This document shows positions 1 to 10,739 of a DNA stretch of 20,037 nt, piece by piece. Under the pieces are notes generated by a model. The model saw only the letters and a program-made list of their open reading frames with translations, was not told the DNA's origin and made no database searches. The stretch lies in assembly GCA_900128395.1 (NCBI GenBank), contig LT649237.1, forward strand, positions 62,001-82,037. Reading direction: 5' to 3'. The DNA comes from Stramenopiles sp. TOSAG23-2 (Eukaryota). The number at the start of each line of letters is the position of its first letter. The first letter of the stretch is position 1. A program made the position numbers and the translations under genes.

Positions 1-2292
1 TAATGCTGTACTGCTTGCTGCATTTAATTTTTCATTATCTCCGCATATATGTATAGCTGCAATTCGCATTTCACGTGCCAAAGCGGTATCGCATATAATC
101 ATCAGTAAATCATCTACCGTTAAAAGACCTGCACGACCAGCAACTTCTAATGCTTTTAAACGAATAGCTGTATCTGGAATGTCGGAAGTATTACCATTAC
201 TTCGCCCATTACTACTATTAGTCCAAACGGGTCTTCCTCTTCCACCACCATTATCTAGATTATTTTTTTTTATCGATGATGATGATGGTGATGAGAAATT
301 TGTATCAACAGAAAGCATTGGCAATCCATCATCAAACGATGTATTTAATGCATCGCTAGAGCCAACTGAACCAGCGATTTTCTGTCTAGAGCGTCTTTTA
401 ATACTTTTCTTAGTACTACTCATACGAGGTGACATGGATGTTGAATTTCTACGATTTTTATTTGGTGTGCTGGTCGCTCGTGCTGGTGATTGCAGTCGTA
501 TTAATGGAATATCATGTGGAGCATCATCATCTGTTTTACTTTTATTCAAATTACTTCCGCTACTACTACTACTACCTGCAATAGTACTCATACGTTTTTG
601 GCTATTTTTATATTGCAAATTTTTTTTCTCTCGAACATGATTTAATTCTGTCCATATTAATGCTCTTAATTCTCTACTAAAATCTACTACAACATTTGGT
701 GGTAAACTATCTAATATAAATATACGTTGGCTTATTTTACCATTCAATAACGTTTCTTTAATAATACGTTTTGAAACAGGATCGGCCATATTTAAATGAT
801 GAACATCAGCCCTAATATTATCCGTTGTTGAACTTATTGTTCCATCTAACGTACCAATCATATTATAAAATTCTTTTGCATATGCAACTCTGGCTCTTAT
901 TACTTCCACTAAAAAGCCGATTGCAAGTATGACAATACAAATTCCAATGATTTTTGCATCGCTATTATTACTACTGTGTTGTTGTTCTTCACTATCCATC
1001 AAAACTGGATTATTCTTTGCAATTTCTGATTGGTATTTTTGTATATATTTTAAAAACATCGATAAAAATGCAGCGCCAGCTCGTGCTACGGAGCGAAAGG
1101 ATCCAGTAATAATTGGTTTTGCCTTAAGACGGTCTTCAATGGATAATGGTAACCATAATAATTCTCTAGATGTACCAAAAATGGTATATGTAACAGCATT
1201 GTAAATAGCGCGTGTGGAAACTAACATGAATATACTTGGTGTGGCAGCTGTGAAAAAACCAAATAATATCATAGAAATCGGCATAAATGCAAGACCATAT
1301 AATACACCAAACTGTCTATTGATGTATGATGTCGATGCTTGTAATGGAATCATCAGTAAACTTTGAAAGCCATTGATAGATCCAAGTTTGTTTTTCATTT
1401 CCGCTTCCGGTAACTTGGACAATATAGCCAACATTTGTATATCGCAAAGCACACGACCTATCGTTGCAGCTACTTCAAATACGCACATGTGTATATAATA
1501 TGGTTTACTTAATATTATTTTCATTGCTGATGCATTTTTTTTGTTGGAGGAATTTTGTTCCGCATTGCTATCATTGCTACTATTGTTATTATTGGAATTG
1601 TTTGGAGTATTCTTGTTTTTTTTTGATCCAACAGGTGATGGTGATATAAGATAACCAATAGTAAGAAACATTGCAAAGCCAGATAATATTATCAAATTTT
1701 GAATTGTTGTTATTTTCCACTCGTTCAACTTTTTAATAAATCCAAAACCAATAAATAAAGATGCAAATGTTGATCCATAATTAATAGAGTTGACCGACAT
1801 TTTCTTATCGGATAATAAAAAACTACTAGATACAGATTCCCAAAATATTTGTAACATGATACCGACAATAATATCTGAACAAACATAAAATGCTCCTGCT
1901 ATGTATTTCGCATATTCTTGAGAGTTATTATTTTTACTATTATGACTAGTTGTTGAATTATCATCTTCATGCAACGAACTAATAATACTATAAAATAAAA
2001 AATAGACAACACTTATAATGCCACTTGCACCAATCGCCACTTTTTTCAAGCTATATTTCTTCAAAGATGATGAAACTAATTTTAATATCGGCAATGATAT
2101 AAACGATACTGACAAGATTGCATATGGTAATTGATCTTTATGAAAATATTTTAAAAACAACGTATCTCGTGTAATGAAAGTTAAAACTACAAAAATTACT
2201 AATACAAATAATAATATGCCGAAAAATACAATACGATATCGTTTGTTCCCATTCTCTTCCGATGTGGTTTTGTTAGATTTCGCTTTCTTCAT
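1..2292 (-). CDS. Npt1/Npt2 (TLC/AAA)-family MFS-like nucleotide transporter with C-terminal HEAT-like region; partial, runs off the left edge
   Basis: Translated by hand: ATG at 2292 (context aaaaccATGa) opens a 764-codon frame with no stop before base 1, which explains its absence from the ORF track. About 11-12 hydrophobic segments with motifs typical of bacterial NTT-HEAT proteins: TRDTLFLKYFHKDQLPY, QIFWE, RQFGV, RELLWLPLSIEDRLKAKPII...FRSVARAG, IRARVAYAKEF. A Ser/Asn-rich linker follows, then HEAT-like helices (DTAIRLKALEVAG, REMRIAAIHICG). Confidence 0.8.
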   Translation of the reverse strand, partial: MKKAKSNKTTSEENGNKRYRIVFFGILLFVLVIFVVLTFITRDTLFLKYFHKDQLPYAILSVSFISLPILKLVSSSLKKYSLKKVAIGASGIISVVYFLFYSIISSLHEDDNSTTSHNSKNNNSQEYAKYIAGAFYVCSDIIVGIMLQIFWESVSSSFLLSDKKMSVNSINYGSTFASLFIGFGFIKKLNEWKITTIQNLIILSGFAMFLTIGYLISPSPVGSKKNKNTPNNSNNNNSSNDSNAEQNSSNKKNASAMKIILSKPYYIHMCVFEVAATIGRVLCDIQMLAILSKLPEAEMKNKLGSINGFQSLLMIPLQASTSYINRQFGVLYGLAFMPISMILFGFFTAATPSIFMLVSTRAIYNAVTYTIFGTSRELLWLPLSIEDRLKAKPIITGSFRSVARAGAAFLSMFLKYIQKYQSEIAKNNPVLMDSEEQQHSSNNSDAKIIGICIVILAIGFLVEVIRARVAYAKEFYNMIGTLDGTISSTTDNIRADVHHLNMADPVSKRIIKETLLNGKISQRIFILDSLPPNVVVDFSRELRALIWTELNHVREKKNLQYKNSQKRMSTIAGSSSSSGSNLNKSKTDDDAPHDIPLIRLQSPARATSTPNKNRRNSTSMSPRMSSTKKSIKRRSRQKIAGSVGSSDALNTSFDDGLPMLSVDTNFSSPSSSSIKKNNLDNGGGRGRPVWTNSSNGRSNGNTSDIPDTAIRLKALEVAGRAGLLTVDDLLMIICDTALAREMRIAAIHICGDNEKLNAASSTAL

Positions 2293-2599
2293 GGTTTTAT
2301 TCTTGTCTCTTTGATATTTTATTTTGGATGATCTACTAATGAGATGGTTATTTGTTTTTTTGCGTTTGTTTTGTTGTGTGAATTAAGTGTATAGCTTTAG
2401 TTATGCATACAAGTATATGTTTTCTTACATGTATATCGATAATCGATAGTAGCTTCCTGTGCTGGTGTTGGTAAACTTTTTAATTGGGCACAGATATAGC
2501 ATGAATACAGTACCAGAATACACCACAGGGAGTAAAAATCGGATTACAATATTGTTCTTGTTATTTAGTGTATAGCATTACCAGGTAGAAACCCTATAA

Positions 2600-3465
2600 A
2601 TTACATGAAAATAGAGGAATGCTATGATGTGTACATGTATTGGACACATCTCTTTTTTGCATCACGTTTGGAATTGGTGTTGTTTTTATCTGAATCCATG
2701 GTATTATCAACGGTCTTTGTTTGATTGCGCTACACGATGTAATTGTTCTGGTTTATCATCAGTAGCTTCAAGTGAATGCGTTTGCAGACATTGAATTTTT
2801 TAAAATTGTTGTTATTCCCTCATTTAGATGCTTTTTTGCATCATTAGGTATAAATATACCTTTTGATTGAGCGGTGATTGTTTCCATGATTATTTTCTTT
2901 GTGGTTCGATTTAACATAATAACAAGCATCTTCATCATCACAAACTACCAATTGATTGATACTACCAATTGATTCACGCGGTGTCCATGCAGAAAGACTA
3001 TTACATTGCTCTGTGTAATATCGTACCACTTCTGTTGGCCCCAATGATTCAATATCAACTATTGCAAAAGAAATGGCATGGTACAAACAAATTCGAAAAA
3101 TGTACAAGTAGCAGTAGTATTTTCAAAATTTGATGCAACCCCAAGCTTTGTGTCACAGTATATACAAACAAATGTTGATGGAAGAGCTTGCAGCATCTGT
3201 ATTAAAGCTCAAACCACATTATAAATTGCATGAAACATGGTATGCCTTTGTATTGATTTTCTTGTTTTTTGTTGATGCACCTTGTATTATAATACCTGCA
3301 CTATAATTCAACACTCCAGAAAATTTGGTAAATTGTATGAAATATATAAATGTCACACATGCTCTAAAATTACGCGTATTCGATTATCATGGTATTTTAA
3401 ATCCAGCAGAACGAATCAAAATTTGGCCGGAAATAATTTTAACATTAATAAATGGAGAAAGATAA
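2600..3465. pseudogene. Possible decayed coding sequence, family unidentified
   Basis: Looks less AT-rich and less low-complexity than the other intergenic spacers. Long hydrophobic frames are broken by scattered stops, and a 14-bp direct repeat with 17-bp period (2944-2974) coincides with a frame switch. Confidence 0.25.
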
Positions 3466-3587
3466 TAAAGAACACGGTACGAGTTTGACCAATGCAGACT
3501 TTGTACAAAATGTGTTTGGTGTAACCGTTAAAGTAAGTAACCAAAATCCTATATATAGGTGACTAGGTAATATAAATAACACCTTAA

Positions 3588-5216
<1,629 letters not shown>

Positions 5217-5424
5217 GTGTGGTGAAATGTTTTGAAAAAAATAGTATACAACATTATAATATTATATATATTTTTTAAAAAATTAATGTTCTCTCTCTTT
5301 TTTTTTTTTAATGTGTGTGTACGGTTCTACAAACGTCAAAAGGTATTTTTATATCCTCTCTACTGTGGTGGTTTTTTAAAAAATTTTCGTATCTTCGTCC
5401 ACCTTTGTGTTTTATTTAGAAAAG

Positions 5425-6231
5425 TTAAAATAACGCCCCTTCACCATTACTTAAAAATGCAAATGTACCAGTTAAATTTTCAATTGCACCATCTTTTAAT
5501 GTTGTTATTTGTCTTCCTTTTTGTACTGCTTTTTTTATTTCACCAATTTCACCAGTAACAGATGCGTGTAATTTCTTCAAATCATCACATACAGGTAAAT
5601 ATCCAGTTAATTCTACTGGTGCATCGCCAACACCCCTTCCAAACATCCAAACTTTTGGATTTGTTGAACGATCATGTTTTGGATCAGTTGGACCAAAAAG
5701 TAACAATCGTAAATTATTTGCAAGATAAAACGTTGCAATCGCATGTTTTCCACCTTTCATTTCACGTGGTGGGCGATCTCTATCCGTCTTAATACCAGCT
5801 TTTTGCAATTGAGCAACCATTTCATGTAAATTTTGTGCATATAAAACTAGTTCTCCAAGTTGTAAACATGTATTTGGATGTTTTGGATCTGCTTTATGTT
5901 TTGTTTGTTCTTGTGCAAATACACTTAAACCATTTATAATAGGTGGATCGTGTAAATTATTATTATCAGCTCCAGAATTGTCTGGATAACCAAATACAAT
6001 ACCAGATAAACCTGTACCACTCCCAGTGACTCGTATATTTAAATTATTTAATTTTACTAAATTTTCTTCATCTACATTAAATCCTGCATTTTGCCATGCT
6101 TCTTTACTATCTCCAACAATAATTTCTTCAATACCCCATGTATTATTAATAGTTGCCGCTGTATAATTTCTGGATATACATGTTCTTGCTCCCCCTTTGA
6201 TTAATTGTTTAATTAATTGTACACGGCTCAT
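5425..6231 (-). CDS. VOC/glyoxalase-like protein with predicted mitochondrial presequence
   Basis: 268-aa ORF. Motifs IIVGDSKEAWQNAGFNV, HPNTCLQLGELVL, DDLKKL and KKAVQKGRQITTL...FAFLS resemble bacterial (actinobacterial-type) VOC proteins as recalled. Arg/Lys-rich, acid-free N-terminus MSRVQLIKQLIKGGARTCISRNY. Confidence 0.65.
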   Translation of the reverse strand: MSRVQLIKQLIKGGARTCISRNYTAATINNTWGIEEIIVGDSKEAWQNAGFNVDEENLVKLNNLNIRVTGSGTGLSGIVFGYPDNSGADNNNLHDPPIINGLSVFAQEQTKHKADPKHPNTCLQLGELVLYAQNLHEMVAQLQKAGIKTDRDRPPREMKGGKHAIATFYLANNLRLLLFGPTDPKHDRSTNPKVWMFGRGVGDAPVELTGYLPVCDDLKKLHASVTGEIGEIKKAVQKGRQITTLKDGAIENLTGTFAFLSNGEGALF

Positions 6232-6505
6232 GATTCTGTTTTGCTGATAGTAATAATAATGATGATGTTGATTTTCTGTGTTACTCTACATCTTCCTCAT
6301 GATGAATTTATATTTATTAGTATATATTATAGAGTATACATATTCGAACAGCAATAAAAAAATGCCCCTCGTGTGGGTAAGACATGACTTTTTTTATATA
6401 TATTCACATTGAATTGTGTATAAGCTATAAAACCAAAATAGAAGAAAAACAAAACAAACATTAAATTTACTAATAATAATAGGGAAAAAAAAGGACATCG
6501 TACAA

Positions 6506-7744
6506 ATGATACAGATAAAACGATTTCAAAACAATCCAATTGTAAATCAATCGATCCATATACATGGGGATTTTCCAGATGAATATCCATCAGATAATAA
6601 ATCAAATGCAGGTTCTTCTTGGGGGACGCAAGGAAATTTGTTTAATATTAATGGACCATCTTTAATTCATATTCCAGAAAATGTTCCAAATCGTCTTGGT
6701 AAATTCTATTTATATTTTGCACATCACAAAGGAAAATGTATACGCATGGCATATTCTGACCATGTTGAAGGTCCATATACATTGTACGGTCCTGGAACTT
6801 TGCATTTAAAGGATTCGCTCTATACAACAACAGTTCCAATTGTTTCTCAAGATGTGAAATTTGCTGCGGATGTAGCTTTTGGTGTTGAAAAATCAAAAGT
6901 TGATGTTGGTTTAGAACCTCATATAGCTTCACCAGATGTACATTATGATAGCGATACAAAAATATTCCGCATGTATTATCATGGATTATGTGGCAATGAA
7001 ATCTCCAAATTTGCTGGAATGCAATTGAGCAGGGTCGCAACATCTATAGATGGGATTAATTGGAAGGCATATACAGAAGAAATCATTAAAACAGTTTATT
7101 TGCGAACATTTAAATTTCGTGATGAAATTTATGGTCTTGGAATGCCTGGAAGATTTTTTCGCTCTGAAAATGGTATATCTAATTGGAAACGTTGTTCATC
7201 GTATGCATTTACAAACATTGGTATGTGCTTTCGACATTGTGCAGTACATTTAATTGAAGAAAAATCATTATTATATGTATTTTTTTCTCGTGCTGGTGAT
7301 TGTCCTGAAAGATTATTATTATCAATTGTAAATTTAAAAAGTAATGATTGGACGGAATGGGAAGCTACAGATCCAATTGATATTCTTAAAGCAGAAGAAG
7401 AATGGGAAGGTTCAATGGAAGATGTAGAATACAGTATGCGAGGTGCTGTTAGTGGATTGAATAATCAATTAAGAGATCCATTTATATTTTCATACGATGA
7501 TAAAACGTATTTATTATATAGTATTGGTGGTGAATTTGGCATAGGTGGTTGTGAAATTAGATTGCCAAAAAAAGATCAACATGAATTTTTCATCAACAAT
7601 ATAATGAAAAAAAGGATGAAAAACCCAATGAGTGATGTTATGTATACAAAAGCAGGTGCACTTGCATTTCAAGAAAAACGTGTTATATCAATAACAAATG
7701 CAAATCATGAATTAAAAATGAAACGAGTGAGTTCTAAAATTTAA
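6506..7744 (+). CDS. Glycoside-hydrolase-like five-bladed beta-propeller protein (GH43/GH130-like fold), substrate unknown
   Basis: 412-aa ORF with NINGPSLI, LGKFYLYFAHHKG, HIASPDVH, RMYYHG, ATSIDGINW, FRHCAV, GDCPERL, WEG, QLRDPFIF and YLLYSIGGEFGIG. This motif set is typical of a conserved bacterial propeller family. Confidence 0.7.
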   Translation: MIQIKRFQNNPIVNQSIHIHGDFPDEYPSDNKSNAGSSWGTQGNLFNINGPSLIHIPENVPNRLGKFYLYFAHHKGKCIRMAYSDHVEGPYTLYGPGTLHLKDSLYTTTVPIVSQDVKFAADVAFGVEKSKVDVGLEPHIASPDVHYDSDTKIFRMYYHGLCGNEISKFAGMQLSRVATSIDGINWKAYTEEIIKTVYLRTFKFRDEIYGLGMPGRFFRSENGISNWKRCSSYAFTNIGMCFRHCAVHLIEEKSLLYVFFSRAGDCPERLLLSIVNLKSNDWTEWEATDPIDILKAEEEWEGSMEDVEYSMRGAVSGLNNQLRDPFIFSYDDKTYLLYSIGGEFGIGGCEIRLPKKDQHEFFINNIMKKRMKNPMSDVMYTKAGALAFQEKRVISITNANHELKMKRVSSKI

Positions 7745-8299
7745 ATATATATTATATATAATTATATGATATATGCGCTCCCAACAGGGTACTTTATAAT
7801 AAAATAAAAATCTAAAAAACACATTTATGTACACACACACACACATATTCTTTAAACACTTGTGCACCTGAGTTTAAATGAAAAATAATATTAATCCACC
7901 ATGAAAAACCAAGAAATGTCAATTCCATAGGCCAAAATGAATTAATTTTCAATTTTGACTATATTATATTCAAATCTCCGTTTATTAAAAATGTATTATA
8001 AATTTTATCATATCATACACTATTACAAATGATCACATGATGATTTAATAAAAAAAGATATTTCCATTTAAAATGGAGCTACAACAAAGATTTAAAATTG
8101 AAGTTAGGCGTTAAATTGCACAAAAAAGAGAGGCAAAAATACTATAAATTATATATATACATCAATGTATAGAAGGGTAGATAGGTATATTGAACATATA
8201 TTTACATACAGTTATATACGGAGAGAAATTGTATCATCTATAAAACTTTCGTAAAATAGACGTAGGATACTACAGACATATAGATATATATATATATAG

Positions 8300-10264
8300 A
8301 TGTATATAACCATGTTGCGGCATATTATTCAACCAGTGACAAGGGCATCATCAACTAAAAAGAATATATTACGTTATACTAATAAATATAATAAAAATAG
8401 GACCAACATTGTGTATAATAATAATCAAAATAAAATCAATCCTTATTTCTTATTGAATTCATCGCAACCAAAACGAATATTATATTATCATACTACGAAA
8501 ATATTAAATCAAAGTGATGAAGATGAAAAGGAGAAGAAATCGATTGGATTTTTTGACCGTGAACATTCTGTAGCTCCAGAAGGTTTTAATCGTTGGCTAG
8601 CTGTGCCGGCTGGCACACTAATAACTGCTAGTATAGGCGCTGTCTATGCTTGGAGTTCCTTTAATGCACCATTATGTCGTACGTTGGGTGTTGTTGCCCC
8701 TGCTGCAAGTGATTGGGATCTTGGTAGTGTTGTACCTATCTTTTCAGCATGTGCAATTGGATTAGGCGTTGCTACTGCTACACTTGGTAGTTGGGCTGAA
8801 AGGGAAGGACCTCGTAAAACTGCTGGTGCAGCTAGTTTCTTATGGGCTGGTGGATTAGTAGTTACATCAATTGGTGCATATACACATATTTTACCTTTAT
8901 GTTATCTAGGCTATGGTGTCGGTGCTGGTATGGGTTGGGGATTAGGATATATAAGTCCCGTATCGAATCTAATGAAATGGTTTCCAGATAAACGTGGTTT
9001 AGCAACTGGTATGGCACTTGCAAGTTTTGGTGGTGGTGCTATTCTTGCTGCACCGATGAATAAATATTTTATTGAAAAATTTTTCGTCGCACCAGAGTAT
9101 TTAGGTACATTAGATACCGTAAATGTAGTGACAGAAGAGGGCAAACGATTTGTTGATTTTGCTGGTGAGATGAAAGAAGTTGTAGTTGCTACAGCAGCTG
9201 AAGTTTCAAAATTGCCTGGAGAATTGGTGGAAGGGGTATATGTAGTTGGTACTGGTAGTACTGGTGTTGCAGAGACATTTTTAGCATTAGGGACATTGCA
9301 TTTTGCTGCTATGATGACCGGTACATTGTTACAAAAAGTCCCACGTGAAGGTTGGAAGCCGGAAGGATGGGTTGGAGATGATACCGCTGCATCGATGGTA
9401 AAGGAGCCGGAGGGAGAAGGTAGTACAGCCACAGCAACTACATTAGCGGTACCAGTTGAAAATGCAATGAAAACAAAGCAATTTTGGTTAATGTGGTTTG
9501 GTGTCTTTGGAAATGCAATTGCTGGTGTCTCTGTAATGGCGTGTGCGAAAAATATTATTGGTGATGTATTTGCAAGTGCATTCCCCGCTATTATTACAGC
9601 TGGATTTATGTCTGGTTACTTAATGACATTAAGTGCGGCAAATGGTGGTGGGCGTTTTGCATGGGCAGCTATTAGTGATTACATTGGTAGAAAAAATACT
9701 ACAATGATATTTGGCCTATCCATCCCATTTGCATTAGGTCTGCCATATTTAACAACCATGGTAACGGAAGGTGGAGGTGGAACACTTCCATTGACATTAT
9801 TTTATGCTGGATCCGTATTAGTAATATCATTATACGGTGGTATATTTAGTGTATTACCAGCGCAAATTTCAGATAATTTTGGATTGAAACATGCTGGGGC
9901 CATTCATGGTAGAGCATTAACAGCATGGAGTACTAGTGCAGTTGTTGGACCGAAGATTTTAACAACATTACGACAAATATCTGTGGAAGATGCCATTACA
10001 GATTTAGTAGATAAATGTGATCCAACTGCATTTTATGATAGGTATGGTGCGCCTGTAAAAGATTTAAAAGAATTAATTGAAACCAAGACGGTTACGATTC
10101 CAAGCTTAATGGAAATTGTTCCACCAGGTACGTTAGATCCAACACCACATTTATATGATACAACATTTTATGCTATGAGTGGTATAATTGGTGCAGCATT
10201 ATTATGTAATGCATTAGTTGTCCCTGTAGCACGTAAACATTTTGTTGAAAGTGATAAGATATAA
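8300..10264 (+). CDS. MFS transporter, oxalate:formate antiporter (OFA)-like family, with long presequence-like N-terminus
   Basis: 654-aa ORF with about 12 TM segments. Motifs FFDREHSVAPEGFNRWL, IGAVYAWSSFN, EREGPR, GLGYISPVSNLMKWFPDKRGLATGMA, NGGGRFAWAAISDYIGRK, FGLKHAGAIHGRALTAWS. The start could be ATG 8300 or 8312. Confidence 0.9.
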   Translation: MYITMLRHIIQPVTRASSTKKNILRYTNKYNKNRTNIVYNNNQNKINPYFLLNSSQPKRILYYHTTKILNQSDEDEKEKKSIGFFDREHSVAPEGFNRWLAVPAGTLITASIGAVYAWSSFNAPLCRTLGVVAPAASDWDLGSVVPIFSACAIGLGVATATLGSWAEREGPRKTAGAASFLWAGGLVVTSIGAYTHILPLCYLGYGVGAGMGWGLGYISPVSNLMKWFPDKRGLATGMALASFGGGAILAAPMNKYFIEKFFVAPEYLGTLDTVNVVTEEGKRFVDFAGEMKEVVVATAAEVSKLPGELVEGVYVVGTGSTGVAETFLALGTLHFAAMMTGTLLQKVPREGWKPEGWVGDDTAASMVKEPEGEGSTATATTLAVPVENAMKTKQFWLMWFGVFGNAIAGVSVMACAKNIIGDVFASAFPAIITAGFMSGYLMTLSAANGGGRFAWAAISDYIGRKNTTMIFGLSIPFALGLPYLTTMVTEGGGGTLPLTLFYAGSVLVISLYGGIFSVLPAQISDNFGLKHAGAIHGRALTAWSTSAVVGPKILTTLRQISVEDAITDLVDKCDPTAFYDRYGAPVKDLKELIETKTVTIPSLMEIVPPGTLDPTPHLYDTTFYAMSGIIGAALLCNALVVPVARKHFVESDKI

Positions 10265-10622
10265 ATAAAAGGCATAGTCTACATGCACTGTGTATGGATA
10301 TTATATTCAGATGGTTAAAATCTTTAAGTTATAATAATTTTATTTCTCATGTTAAATAATATGATGCTCAATACTCAATCGCAAGAATAATATTATACGA
10401 GTACTTCGTATTATATATACGAACGAGCTTGTATATATAATACTCTCGTATATTAATATATGTATATTTATGATATTGTGCGTGTGTTTTATAAATATCT
10501 TTTTTAAGCAAAAAATAAAATCTTACGAGAAGTACATTTTATATTACAATTTACTCGTACGTACGCGTACGATATTAAATAACATATATATGATATATAG
10601 GTCATATTAATAAATAAATTTT

Positions 10623-10646
10623 ATATCATATCATATCATATCATAT
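10623..10646. repeat. (ATATC)n pentanucleotide microsatellite, about 4.8 copies
   Basis: atatcatatcatatcatatcatat read directly from the sequence. Confidence 0.8.
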
Positions 10647-10739
10647 GTGATACAAAATTCGTATCCTATTGTACGCGGCACACTGCGTAATCTCTATCAA
10701 TCTCCCCTCTCCTTCGTATACTCTCTCTATTAATACACA

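Noticed and set aside
179-1649. Plus-strand ORFs 179-640, 929-1204 and 1464-1649
   Set aside because: They are antisense shadows of the long minus-strand transporter gene, with low-complexity translations.
8911-9432. 173-aa antisense ORF inside the MFS gene
   Set aside because: Typical stop-free shadow frame of a Gly/Ala/Val-rich membrane protein.
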